Source: Zygnema circumcarinatum SAG 698-1b (lineage: Eukaryota > Plantae > Zygnematophyceae). From it: a stretch of DNA of 64,000 bases. The position numbers and the translations under genes are program-made. Position 1 is the stretch's first letter, and the number at the start of each line of letters is the position of its first letter. Below the pieces are notes generated by a model that worked only from the letters and a program-made list of their open reading frames with translations, was not told the DNA's origin and did not search any database. Location of the stretch: positions 558,001-622,000 of the forward strand of contig CM074814.1 of the NCBI GenBank assembly GCA_037447605.1, in the 5' to 3' direction. Positions 22,501 through 39,849 of this stretch are shown here, piece by piece.

Positions 22501-25456
22501 ATGTTCGGCCGCATGGGGAGCAGCAAGAAGAGTGACAATTCCAAATATTATGATATTTTAGGAGTGACAAAGAGTGCTTCTGCTGACGAAATTAAGAAAG
22601 CGTACAGAAAGGCAGCTATAAAAGAGCATCCTGACAAAGGTGGTGATCCAGAGAAGGTAAGCACTTGGCTTTTTTCATGCCTGCGCAAGCGAAAAGGTGT
22701 GGAGTACTTTTCAATTATGCGCCTATTCCTGACAGGGCTGCTGCTGTTTAAGGATCTCCTGAAGCGCCGGATGCTTGGTTGATCGTTGTGATTGCCTTAT
22801 TGACATATTTGGAATGCAATGAGAGGAGGGTACTGGATGGTTCGCTTACCCTGTGTTTTGCATGTGTGGAGCTTGCAGTTTAAGGAGATCGCTCAAGCTT
22901 ATGAAGTGTTGAGTGATCCAGAGAAGCGTGAGATATATGATCAATATGGGGAGGATGCCATCAAGGAGGGCTTGGGTGGTGGTGGAGGCGGAGGACATAG
23001 TCCATTTGATATCTTTGAATCTCTCTTTGGGTCAGGCGGAGGTGGATTCGGCGGCGGATTCGGAGGTATGTCAAACCCTGAGCTTCTTTCAGGAGTTTCT
23101 GTGGTAAGCATTTTTGGAAGTGATTAGTGTCTCTTCTTCGCCGATTCTCGAGTCTTTGGAAGGCGGATATGATTCAAGAAGGTGTATATTCGGTATACAA
23201 GAGAGGCGAGATGCAGAAATAATATCTGTACAAGAGTATTGAACAGAAGAAGGCTTGCATTTTGGCAGGTTCTCGCAGAAGTCGTCAGAGGAAAGGAGAG
23301 GATGTCGTACATCCGTTGAAGGTGTCTTTGGAAGATTTGTACAATGGCACCTCGAAGAAGCTCTCTCTTTCAAGGAATGTACTGTGCCCGAAATGCAAAG
23401 GGTACGCCCTATCCTTTCCAAGTGTCTCTTGGAGTTTGTATTGACGTTCATATGTGTATATTATCGTCACGTCCCGGGAATGGAAGTTCCCTGTCCAGCG
23501 TTTTTAATTGTAATGTCTGACTTGAATTGTATTGGCTTGAATGCACCGGAAAACATTTTGATTTTGCAAATTGACTATTTTGACAGGAAAGGATCAAAGA
23601 CTGGCGCATCGAGCACATGTTCTGGTTGCCAAGGTTCAGGAATGAAGGTTTCTATACGTCAGCTCGGACCCAACATGATTCAGCAGATGCAGCATGTTTG
23701 TCCTGATTGCCGAGGATCAGGTAATGAATGACCTGTCACTGATTTTGCTACCTGAGATTATGTTCTGATCGAGTAGGACTGAAAAAAGCAATCACCTACT
23801 TTCAAGATTTGCTTTGTAAAACAAGTAAAATTAGGGGACATCATATCGTTTTTGTTTGATGATTAGGTCAACTAAGAACTCCCTGTCCGTGAAGGGTATC
23901 CTGCGGGATAGTTCTCGTCTTGTTGATTAAGTTGCTCTCTTAACGAGTACTTGGATTCTTTATCATGTTGATCAAATTGAAAACACGAACTTTCTCTTTG
24001 CTTTCGGTGTGTACAGGTGAAATGATTAGTGAAAAGGATAAGTGTGGGCAGTGCAATGGTGAGAAGGTAGTTCAGGAAAAGAAATTCCTGGAAGTGCATG
24101 TGGAGAAGGGTATGCAGCATGGCCAGCGGATCACGTTCCAAGGAGAAGCAGATGAAGCCGTGAGTTTGCTATTTGCCTTGCAGTTTTCATTTTTGGGATC
24201 TTGTTAGAATGTTGTGAAAGTGGGCTGCTAGAGGTCCCTTCCGTTTTTCATTTCTTTCTGTCGGTCTTTTGCGTCTTTCTTGCCTGAGAGGCGATTTTTA
24301 TTTGTCTCAGCCGAGTAGCATTTTTTCGTCGAAAAGAATGGCTTTGGTTGCAGTGTGCCACATAAAATGATCTGGGTCTGGCTTTTTGGCTTTCTTGTTG
24401 GTTTACTTCCAGGTTCTTAAAGGTTTGTCATGATAGTCTTGACCCCTTGTACGTCTTACTCTTGTTTTGTTTGATCATTACTCCTTGAATGCTATCGTCA
24501 TTGCTTGTGAACTTGCTTTAGCTGAACATATTACAGTGCGTCGCGAATCTGCAATGAACAGTTTATAGTCGTATTTTCTATACGTGTCTTGCCGCATCTG
24601 AATGATCTTGCTCTGCCTATTTCCTTTCACACCTAACGACAAGCTCTTGTCGTTTGTGGTGGAGGTTGGGTGCAATAGTCAGTTAGCGGTGGATTTAGCC
24701 TTTCAGGCGTGAGATTCTGACATTTTTCACTCGTTTTTGTGTTTGCAGCCCGATACAGTCACTGGGGACATTGTTTTTGTGCTGCAACAGAAGGAGCATC
24801 CCAAGTTTAAGAGGAAGGGAGATGATCTCTTCACTGAGCACTCGCTAACACTGACTGAAGCACTTTGCGGCTTCCAGTTTCCCATGACTCACCTTGATGG
24901 ACGGCAGCTTCTGATTAAGTCGCATGTGGGAGAAATCATTAAGCCAAGTGAGTCTTTCTTCCTACGGCTGGTATTAAAAAAAAATCCTTGCAGGCTGGAG
25001 TTCGTGGTTCCTGACCTTCCTTGGCTTGGTTGGAACTTCAATGCGGAAGCATCTTGCCTGCTAGACTTTTGTTCACTGTTTATACGGTCGTCGGGACATG
25101 TATTGTGTTCTAAGCGATGCTTTGCTGACCTTGCAGAGCAATTCAAAGCGATTAATGATGAAGGTATGCCTGGGTATCAAAGGCCCTTCGTGAAGGGTCG
25201 ACTGTACATTCAGTTCAATGTGGAGTTTCCGGAGTCCGGCTCCCTGAGTGTGGAGCAATGTAAGTTGCTAGAGACAGTTCTCCCACCAAGGCCTGCCAAC
25301 ACCTTGACAGAAATGGAGTTAGATGAGTGTGAAGAGACAACTCTCCATGATGTGAACATTGAGGACGAGATGAGGCGGAAACAGCAGGCCGCTCAAGAAG
25401 CCTATGATGAAGATGATGAGGGAGCCGGGCCCAGGGTTCAGTGTGCTCAGCAGTAG
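22501..25456 (+). CDS. J3: Class A (type I) DnaJ/HSP40, ATJ2/ATJ3-like, CaaX end CAQQ
   Basis: Exons 22501-22656, 22879-23065, 23269-23401, 23587-23720, 24017-24159, 24749-24947, 25137-25456. J-domain [13 protein letters not shown] linker, four CxxCxGxG-type repeats, C-terminal ...PRVQCAQQ*. Confidence 0.96.
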
Positions 25457-27234
25457 TTTCTCCTTTATCCCTGGAAGCACAGAGGGAGGGGGGCTTTACG
25501 GACAGTACAGATGATATGTTCAGTGGAGCTGGAGCACTGCTGCTTTACGGCATGTGCCATGTAGCCTCTGAATAAGAAAGGGGATTGTATGGTGGGTACT
25601 TCATCTTAGCAGCTGGGAAGGGGAGGGAGAGGGGGGGAGGATGGGGAGAGGGGAGGGATAGCTGGATTTTCTATTGATTGGGTGCCGTCTGTTCCTTCAA
25701 GTGGTTGGTCTTAGTTTCTTCTTTGCAGTCGCGGTGCTAAAGATCAGAAGAGTAGCCTCGAACACACAATGTGCAGAGAGTGGAAAGGTGGGCGAGAGAT
25801 TGTTTCTAGGAGGACCGGGGCGATGGTCCTTTCTGATTCCGATTCCAACAATCTGTAACGTAGCGTTTGCTGGAATTCGAGTCACTTTTTACTCAGATGC
25901 TTGTGTATCCGAGGGCTTCCTTTTTTCAGGTTATTGGTATATGTGATGGGGCCAGAGTAGCGAACTAATCGAGGGATGTACTTAAGGAGTAGAGTGATAG
26001 GGAAGTACTGAAATTGGAAGCTGGGCTTCAAATGAGTGAGTGTGCTGCTAGTAGTCTTGTCCAGTCGCTTTGTCTGTCTGTGCGTTTGTTTGTCTTTTTG
26101 TTTATATGGCCTGTCTTGCTGTATGTCTATCTGTGTCTCTCTGTTTTCTACTTTGGTCTGTCTGTCTGTCTGTCTGTCTGTCTGCCTGTCTAATTGGCCT
26201 GGCTGACCTCTCCCTGTGCTGTCCTGTCTCTGATGCCTGTCGGAAGTGCGCGGTTTCCTCCTCCGCTACCTTTTTGCGTTAAAGCAAGTTAAAAAGGTGA
26301 TCTTTACCAAGATTTTGGGTTTTCTTGTTTGAATGAAGAACAGGATGTATGGGTGTATCTGCTGTTTGATGCTGTGGATTTTTTTAAAGGTTCTATCAAA
26401 AGCTGGCGTGGAGGAAGGGTGAACTCATTCTGCAACTTCTTTTCTTAAAAATAAAAGAGGGCGGAAATACGATATGGAGAGTGCTTGAAATGAGAGTGCC
26501 TGCCAGCCGTTGACTTGACCGCAAACAACCTGTACGGTCGACAACTTCTAGAACATCCGACCGTATGGTACGGACGACCTTCTGGAACGCCAATGGTCGG
26601 GTCCAAAAATTGAACCAATCACTGAACGTCACGTAAGTAAATAATTAAACGTGGCAAATCCTGATTGGCTCCGGTTACGCAGGATACGGAAATGCAAATC
26701 ACCGCCCTCGTCCTTTGTGCCGTACGCATCTGTACGGATTCAAATATTCAGTCGACCTTGAACCAATCATATGATGCCACGTCTGAATGACTACACGTGG
26801 TAATTTATGATTGGATCCATAAAAAGTGGGAGCTGTAATTTGGCCAATCAGATCCCTCGTTGTCCTTTGTACGTACGTACGTACGTACGAAGACAAAATC
26901 GTGTCTGCGGAGAAAAAAAAAACTATGGCCGTACGCCATTGGGCCTTTCACTTGCTGAGAAATTTTCATAATTTCACAGTTAGGTTACGGGACGGAACGG
27001 CGATGCACGGAACATAATCAGAACGGGACGAAACGTGGCGAAACGTAACGGGACGTGATGGAACGTAACTGAACAGGACCGTAACTCGCACGTGGAACCT
27101 TGAACATGTACTTTGAAGCTTGGGCTTTGGAGCAGTTGCAGGCGAAGCTGACCTGCTCTCGCAATTGCGGCTGTTCCTGCTGCGGAGCCGCACAATATCT
27201 GAGTGTTTTTTTTTACTTTGAGGAGCTTGATAAT

Positions 27235-31788
<4,554 letters not shown>

Positions 31789-32537
31789 GGGGGGGGGGAG
31801 AGTTGGGGAGAGACTCTCATTGCTTGGAGGAGGTAATGTAGTGCTCGGGAGGGGGGCGAGGAAAGGAGGGATTGGGGAAAGCAGGAGAGGGAGAGGGAGA
31901 GGGAGAGGGAGAGGGATTGGGAGAGGGAGTGGGAGAGGTATGTGAGGACTAAAGAGAGGAAGGAGTAGACAACAGGGAGAGAGCGGAACAAGAGAAGGAG
32001 AGGAGAAAGAAAGAAGAAAACCATTTTATGAGAGTACAGCGTATGTCCTTGTTCGAGTTTTTTTTTTTTTTCCTTTTGTACAGCATGGGCCTACTTTGAA
32101 GTGGAGCATCCATACATGGACACATCCGTCCTATGAATAAAATGACCTGAATTTGAAGGATATTGTAACCATTCTGCCGTTCTCTCTCGCCTCCCTCCCT
32201 TTCTCCCTCCTATCAACCCCTTGCTTTCACTCCCCTCAACCAATCTCCTAAATTAAATCCCTGTACGGCGCATCCCTTTTTGCTGAATGCCTTGCCCCGA
32301 AACATCCCCCCTTCGCTGTTGTTGCAACAGTCTACAAACGGATATGCGGCATTCTACAAAAACACTTCAAAAGTTTCTTGCATATTACGACATGATGACA
32401 GACAATCTCGATTAAAAAGAGTGCAAAGGAACTGGGCGCTACTCACCTATACAAGGACAATGTCAAAATTCGTCCCTACTAATTTATATGGGGGACGCTA
32501 TTCTCAAGGATTCTCTTAATTTTGCTCCAACGCCCTC

Positions 32538-34802
32538 TTACGACGCTGCAGCAGTAGCTGTAGCCAATATGGCTTTTATCTCACTGATTCGCAGTTCGGT
32601 TGCTTTCATATCCTCGGGATAATAGCCAAGAGGCTCTTCAATGAGAGGGATGTCAAGTGAGAGGACGCCTTCAAGCGTGGCATGAAGGCAGTAGGCGGAG
32701 TAGGTGATGTGGTACCCCCCCTCTTGAACAATAAGGAGACGGCCTTCACAATGTATCTCAGCCATATCTCGCATCATGCGACCGAGGGATCGGTAGCCAT
32801 CCGTAGTTAGGGATTGGCGCCCATTAGGATCAAACTGCACCTTGTAAGCCCCCAATACGAGGAAACCCATTAAGTGAGTATAAGGAAGAGCAGGAACAAC
32901 ATAAATTATGTCAATGATAGCCGCACACAGATGATAACAATCGTACCTGGCTTGAATCCTGGCCAATAACAAAAACAAGAATTTCTGGTTGGAATGAGTC
33001 GATGGCTGGTTGCACAAGCTCCTGCATGGCTCTTGCGTAGCCAATATCTCCAGTTCCGCAAGGAAGAGGAATGTTGAGATTAAACCCGATTCCCTTCCCT
33101 CGGCCAACTTGGTCAGCCTGCAGAACAGTAACATTCCAAAAGGAGTTATTCATTAAGAAGAAAGAGCGTCAACCTACACTTGTCCTCCTTAGGACGCAGT
33201 AAATGTAGGGTTCCCTTGCCATACAACTTTTTTAATTCAAAGTATCAATATAATGTTCCATTAAGGACCATGCTCTCACTTGTAAACTCTGAGGATGAGA
33301 AGAGCCCCAGGACCCGTGGTCCATGTGAAGGGAAATAGTTAACACATCATTTCGTTCAAAAAAACCCTGCAAGAAACAAAAAAAAAAAAAAAAGAGGAGC
33401 GAACTCATAAGGCATTCAAAGGGAAAAATGTGTTGTAGAAGATCACCAAGGCAGACCCCAGTTGTAACGACAAGCATCAAACCATGTCAAGATTCGTGAT
33501 CCACCACACGCAAGTCTGTTGTATGCGTTTAAATCAATCATATCATCACGGATCAAAAAAAAGCAGCGCATCAACAAGAGCAAGAAAAAGAACAAACGGT
33601 CATTAAGAGTACCATTATTCTTTAACAAAAAGATTGCTGCTCACCTCCGCCGTTCCATTGCCATAGTGCACATCGATATCAACCAAAGCTACTTTGTGCA
33701 GGCCGGACGTGATAGCTAACTCTGCAGCCAGACCTGCATTGTTCAAGAAGCAGTATCCATCGGCCCTGGTCGGCTGCGCATGATGCCCCGGAGGTCGAAC
33801 TAGGGCAAATCCAAGCTTGCCATGGCCATTCAATATGAATTCCATTGCAGATAATGCTGTTCCAGCAGCGATAAGAGCTGCATTCCATGATCCAGGATTA
33901 AGCTTTGTTCCGGAACAAAACAACTTCCCTCCTTGAGCGTCCGCTTCAACAAGTGATGCGATATACTCTGCTCCATAAAAGCAAAGCACTTTGCTCCATG
34001 TTAGTGGTTCAGAGTTGCCTTAATTGAGTGGTGCTCGTAATCGATTCATGTTTTTTCTTATGAGAGCTCGGGTGGTCCACCAGACGTAGACCGCTCAGGA
34101 CTGGTGTGTCTGTTAAAGTCGTTCGTAGGAAAAAATGCGGAAATTGGAACAAGAGGGATGCTTTGATAAAATGGTTTTGATAATCCTAAAGAAGACCTCA
34201 GGTGGAACATTATTGATGTACCGGACAACTGTGAGCTTATTGAATAAGAATTTCGTTTACTCGCTGAAGCTTAGGGCTGAAGAACGATGCTTTTGCAACT
34301 TGGCTGCAGATTTTTTATGATTTCAACAGATGATGATTGACGGAAACTTTCTGCTTATCTTTAAAGCGCAGGAGGCAACTCGAAGCCATCGCATAACCGA
34401 CCAAACAAATATGAACAATGTTGAGTCAAGCAGAATGGCTAACCAGCGCCTCGACGAACAACAGTAAGATAAATTTTAAAAAAATAAGGCTCATAAAGTG
34501 GGTAGAAAGGAAGCAGCCTCTCGCATTCTCGCCTTATGCATTCAGAAATTGGAAGGTTTACCTTCAGTGTGAAAGCTGTAGAGCTCATTGAGATCTGCTT
34601 TCCGGCCTCCGTGCCACTTTATCGACTCGGCAATAGGTCCTTTTTTCAATACAGAAACCATATTCCGAAACCTGTCAGGATTTTCTGGATGTTTATCCAG
34701 AACTTCCAGAAAATCAGGTTGAATAAAGGTATCAAAAACGCCGTCTCCAGGATCATGTGCCAGCATGGCTGCATCCCAGAACACGTGTATCACGTCTCCC
34801 AT
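32538..34802 (-). CDS. HDA8: Histone deacetylase 8-like (class II RPD3/HDA1)
   Basis: Exons 34562-34802, 33645-33967, 33280-33366, 32947-33117, 32538-32834. Motifs VFWDAAMLAHD, LDKHPENPDR, RPPGHHAQPTRADGYCFLNN, DIDVHYGNGT, SLHMDHGSWG, GQDSSQFDPNGRQSL, QEGGYH match plant HDA8. Confidence 0.95.
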
Positions 34803-36529
34803 CCCGTTTCTACAGTTACAAACTGCAACAAATCTCAATATCTTGAGCTTGAACACAGGCAACCAAACGGGCAGGCTCTAAGAACTTATTCAGTGTGGAA
34901 TTAAAAATTATACCATATGTGGCAATGCGAGCGAGGACTTAAACGATTTCTTTTTTTTAATGAACAAAAATAGAAGAATATATCATCCTCTTCAAGCGAT
35001 TGGAGATCTCAAGCCCAAAAATTGTTTCAAAAAATTGAGTCCCCGCCACAAAGGCGCAGCTTGGAGCAGAGCCTGCACTGTGCAGGGAGGGCTACTTTTT
35101 GGGACCAAACAGCCAATCGGATATTGCCACGTGGCGTTTTCTCCACGTGGAAATCTCAGATTGGTCAAAGCGTGCCACGTGTTATGTTCGCTTAAAAGAC
35201 TATTGAGCAGGCCGTTCTCTGTTGTCAATAACGCTCATTAGTCCCGTTGAACTAGGAAACCACGACGCGATTCACATCATGGAACTGGACAAGTACGCAA
35301 CTGCGTTACATATAGAAGGTGGACATTCGAAGTCGAGATTCGGAATTCCATGAATCGCTTCAACAAGAAAGAAAAAAGTTCAGTTGTGAAAAGAACAGCC
35401 TTTCGCTAAGCTGATTACGACTGCAATTCTCTTTCCTCGTGGTTCCCCGTGTCACCTCCAACAATCAATGTCCAATGTCTACCTTGGATGGTATCGCCAT
35501 CATGAGACCAAAGCAAATTCTTCTCCTTTCCGTTTCACTTGTTTCCGCACTAGCATTGTGCAATACAGCCATGGGAAGGAAAGGGAAGTGGCATTGATCT
35601 CACGATGGCGAGGCCATCACATGTGCATGGACAAAAGCAGCATGGGGAACCACGAGAAACTGGCCGCAAAGGACCTAAGCACAAAAGAAAAAAGCATGGG
35701 AATGGTATCTGGGAAAATAATTTGACCTCATAACACATATTTTTTCTGCACCACGTGGCAACAATTAGAGCAAACGATATCTGTTATCGTGACATGGCAC
35801 CGACGTGGCAAGCTCTTACTGAACAGGATCTTTTTTTTCTTTATCGCCCTCCCTTAAATCCAGCCTCCCCGCCAGTTTCAAACCAGAGCCGCACGTGCGG
35901 TCGGCTCGCAACTTTACTTTTGTTTTGATGGTTTTTAGGGTTTCAGGGGTTTTGGGAATGAAAAAAACCTGAACCGAAATGGTTTGCAACTTTAGAAAGA
36001 AGCTGGAAAGAAACTTGGACATGCAGGTGGACCTTTAGGGCCACGGGAAGTGCAATTCCATTTTTTTCCCCTCAACGCCTTACTCCATTGCCCCTTAGAT
36101 CGCTTCACCCAAACCTTACTACTGTTACAGCACCGGCAAGCTGCATCGAAGAGTGCTTAGCTCCATCCACCCCATTGATAAATCCCTTACCAGTGCGGCA
36201 TATCGGCACACACCACCAAAGCTGACCTCATTACAAACCTCTACAAGGCCAAACCTCCACTAAGAAGCAATTTATTCGATTTAAACAAACAAACAAGTAT
36301 TACCGAACCTTCCTTCTCCCCTCAAACGTTCCTCTCCCTTCCCCCCTTCCACCGCCCCCCTCCCTCCCTTGGTAATGCCTCTCCTTCAAGAGACTCAGCA
36401 CCCTAGGCCACTGCGACATTACTTATCATCTTGCAGCATCAAAATGAACAGCCCATTTCATGGCATGTCCATACGATGGCGGTTCTGGCTATTTACATAA
36501 AAAGAGACAAATCTTCCGGAGCCTTCCTC

Positions 36530-38228
36530 CTAGTAGGAACCACGGATGTAATCGTTGAGGCGCGCCACTTCCAGGCGATGCTCTTGCACCACAGCACGCA
36601 CAACATCGCCAATGCTCACCATTCCCCTCATTTTGCGGTCCTCGCAGACAGGAATATGTCGAATACGGTTGTCTGCAAGTTCGAGGTACGGATTAATACG
36701 GGTGGACAAAGAAAACTTCACATTCATAAGGTTTTTAATCCGGAAAACTGCCATCCTACAATGAGAAAACGACAGGATCAATTCTAGATATAATCACAGT
36801 CCTACAAGGGGATGCATTGCCCGAGATTGATGTGAAACAGATCTCATATATCGATTTCAACAGGAGGTTGTTCGTCAGTCACCCTAAGTCATACTGTTAA
36901 CCAAAAGGAAAATCAGAAATCCTGAATCAGTTGTAGTGCGTTCTTACCAGTCATGAGCTCCATGGCACGCAGCACTTTCGTATCAGGCGTGACAGTGATA
37001 AGCTTGTTCTGCAGGAGAGCGGAGCAAACGTCAGATAGCAGCACAAGAGCAGGTGCAGATGGCGCAATTCGAAGAAAAGTGAAGGACAAATCACCCTCTG
37101 AAACTCAGGAGCTCTTCAACTGCTGCAGTGCATTGGCACGAAATTCTAAACAACTGACAGAGCCGACTTGCATAATCAAAGGATGCACTTGGACTGCCAA
37201 GAGAGCTCACCTCTTCTGTCATGATGTCACCGACCTTGGTGGTCTTCGAGGAACGGCCCTGTACTATGATTTTCCGCAGATAATCTGCAAGTGCGAGAGG
37301 ACAACTCGAAAACACATTCAGAAGGAAGAGTAACAAAAAGAGACAGCCTCTAGTTCTCAATCAACTGATCGAATTCGTAAAACAGCATGAACAGCAATGC
37401 GAGAACGCAAGTTACCTCGTTCTGTGATGATTCCGGCGATGGCTCCGCTCGAGTCCGTCCTCATCACCAGCAGCGCTCCTACATTATGGGATGTCATCTG
37501 CCGACAGAAGGATTTACGTAAGCTTTCTTGTTCTGGAAAATCACAATACAAATTACCGACATAACGAAAGAAACATGCTCATCGTACACTCGCTCCCTAT
37601 GACACAATGCTGTGTAATCCTCGAGCCAAAAACGACCAAAGAAAAGCACGGTTCAGCATGCACATGTTAATTGGCAGTCAGATTTGAAAAAAAAAAAAAT
37701 GTGAGGTCGCCATCCTTATGCAGCTATCAGCGAAAGACCAGAACGGTAAAGCAAATTGAGAAAACCGAGCGAAAAGTTGCTATACATTGAAATCCATCCA
37801 TGAAACAGATTTCACATCTCAAGAAAATTCTAAAACGGCCAAGTATAAACGTGCAACGAATTGAGTGACAATCAGGAATCAACATGAATATCACAGTCAA
37901 TAAGAGAAAATAATCACAGAATCAATATCAATATCACTGCCAGAAAAGCACCGCAGGCACGCACCGACTTCACAGCATCGTACACGGTATCATCGGTCGT
38001 GCACCACAGCCAAGAACCGCTGTTTTCTGTTCCTTTGGAACGCAAAATATCTGCAATTGTGGTGCTTTCAAAGTTGTTGCTCTCCTCCTGAGCAGCCTCC
38101 GGCATCCCCCCTCCCAACAGGCGCACAAAAGTCTTGGAAGCCGGGTATACGGGCACCACACGCAGCCGCCATTGCTCGGCCAGAACACGGCTCGCAGCGG
38201 CCAGACTCCTCACTCCCTGATTCTGCAT
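36530..38228 (-). CDS. CBSX3: CBS-domain protein CBSX3-like (mitochondrial)
   Basis: Exons 37965-38228, 37416-37497, 37211-37284, 36948-37008, 36530-36672. Presequence, then TTIADIL..KG..SGSWLWCTTDDTVYDAVKSMTSHNVGALLV...GIITERDYLRKIIVQGRSSKTTKVGDIMTEENKLITV...RHIPV...GMVSIGDVVRAVV..HRLEVARLNDYIRGSY*. Confidence 0.95.
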
Positions 38229-39849
38229 CTTGCTCAGAACAATCAGAAAATGGAATTTGCGTGAAACCACAACCAGAGTCAGAAACTGGAGGCTTGCACG
38301 AGCAGCAGCAGCAGGTCTCCAATACTATTCCCTTTCTCTGCACAGAAAGAAAGGAGCGGAGGGCCTTGTTCTTGCTGGTCCCCTTCTTGGCCGTCCAAGG
38401 AATTTGAAGGAGCCCTGCAAGACCCAGCCCTGCCAATCCGCTCCTCCTTCCAGTTCTTTTCGAGCAGGCCTGCCCACCGCGAGGGAAAAGTTTTGCCTTA
38501 AATTTTTAATTTTCTTACCGGGGAATGGAATTGGTTTTACGGGCTTACGGCTATACGATGCTCAGGATAGAAATATGTTTTGGCTTTCGGGCAGGAAGGG
38601 AGAAGATATTTTCAGGCGGAAATTCCATAGAAAAAAAAATCGAATGATAACGAATTTTTTCTTGCTGTTTCGGTTATGGCGAAGGTGCCAGCTCCAACCA
38701 CGTGCGAAGTGACGTCAACGCGCGTGCCAAAAATCTGGCGAGCCGGATAACGCTGACGCCGACACACTACACGACACACTTTTCCACGTGGCGCGTATCC
38801 GTCGGCACCAGGGGAGGACCCACCTGCCCGGCGCAAGTAAATCGCTCCTGAAAAGGAAACAAATACCCTGCTAATATGGACAACTACTTAAACATTATTT
38901 CAATCGAAATACATGTACTTATTCTATACTGATGGACATTTTGACAAACAGGATACTATCTGCCACGTGGACGCACGTGGGCTAAAAAGATCGCCACAAC
39001 CGACATATGGTGCCGTCCGTCACCGACATTTCATACAAACCGAAATACCGTTTCTATGTTTGCACATTTCCCTTCCCCGGAAGATGACAAACCTTCAGGA
39101 ATTCGACGTTCCAAATTCCGCCATTCGTCCTGTCCGAGCAAAAGTACGGAATCAGAATTCCAGTCATTTGAAATCTGGCATAGGCTTTTATGAAATTTCG
39201 GAAAGGCCAGGCACGAGGAACAGTACCCCAACATGGAACCTACATGGAACACGCACACAGACACATGGAAACCTTGAAGTCCGAGGTATGAAATCACATG
39301 TTCACCAACATGTCTTTACAAGGATCTACTCCTAGAAACGCTCCACACATCTAGCTCTACGTCAACAACACTATGGCGGGCCACCATGCTGTTGCGCATT
39401 GCCTCATGTTGGTCCCATCAACATTGTTCGTCCAGGCATGAATCCCTCCATCAACACGGCTCCAAGGATGCTTGATGATGGTCCATGTGCATGTTGTTGG
39501 CGCATGAGTCACACGACTGTACGTACGTTCAAACCACTTTCGGGAAAAATACCGCGATACAGTACTCGAATCGTCCAAACACTGTATCGGAATACGATAC
39601 GGTATGATATATCGGATCATAGCATGTCAAACTATTTACTATATCGTATCGATGTTCGGTACTGAGGGGAGCCGCACAGGATGTATCGATTTTTTTTTTA
39701 CCAATTTAGCCGGAGTCAATCAGGGTCTGCCACGTGTCCCATTTTCACACGGGACAAGCTGCCATTGTGCTTGCTCGCTTGATGGACACCGGCCCAAGTG
39801 TTTATTTGAACTCCGCCTCCCCTCCCTCTGACCTCCTCCCTCCACAGCC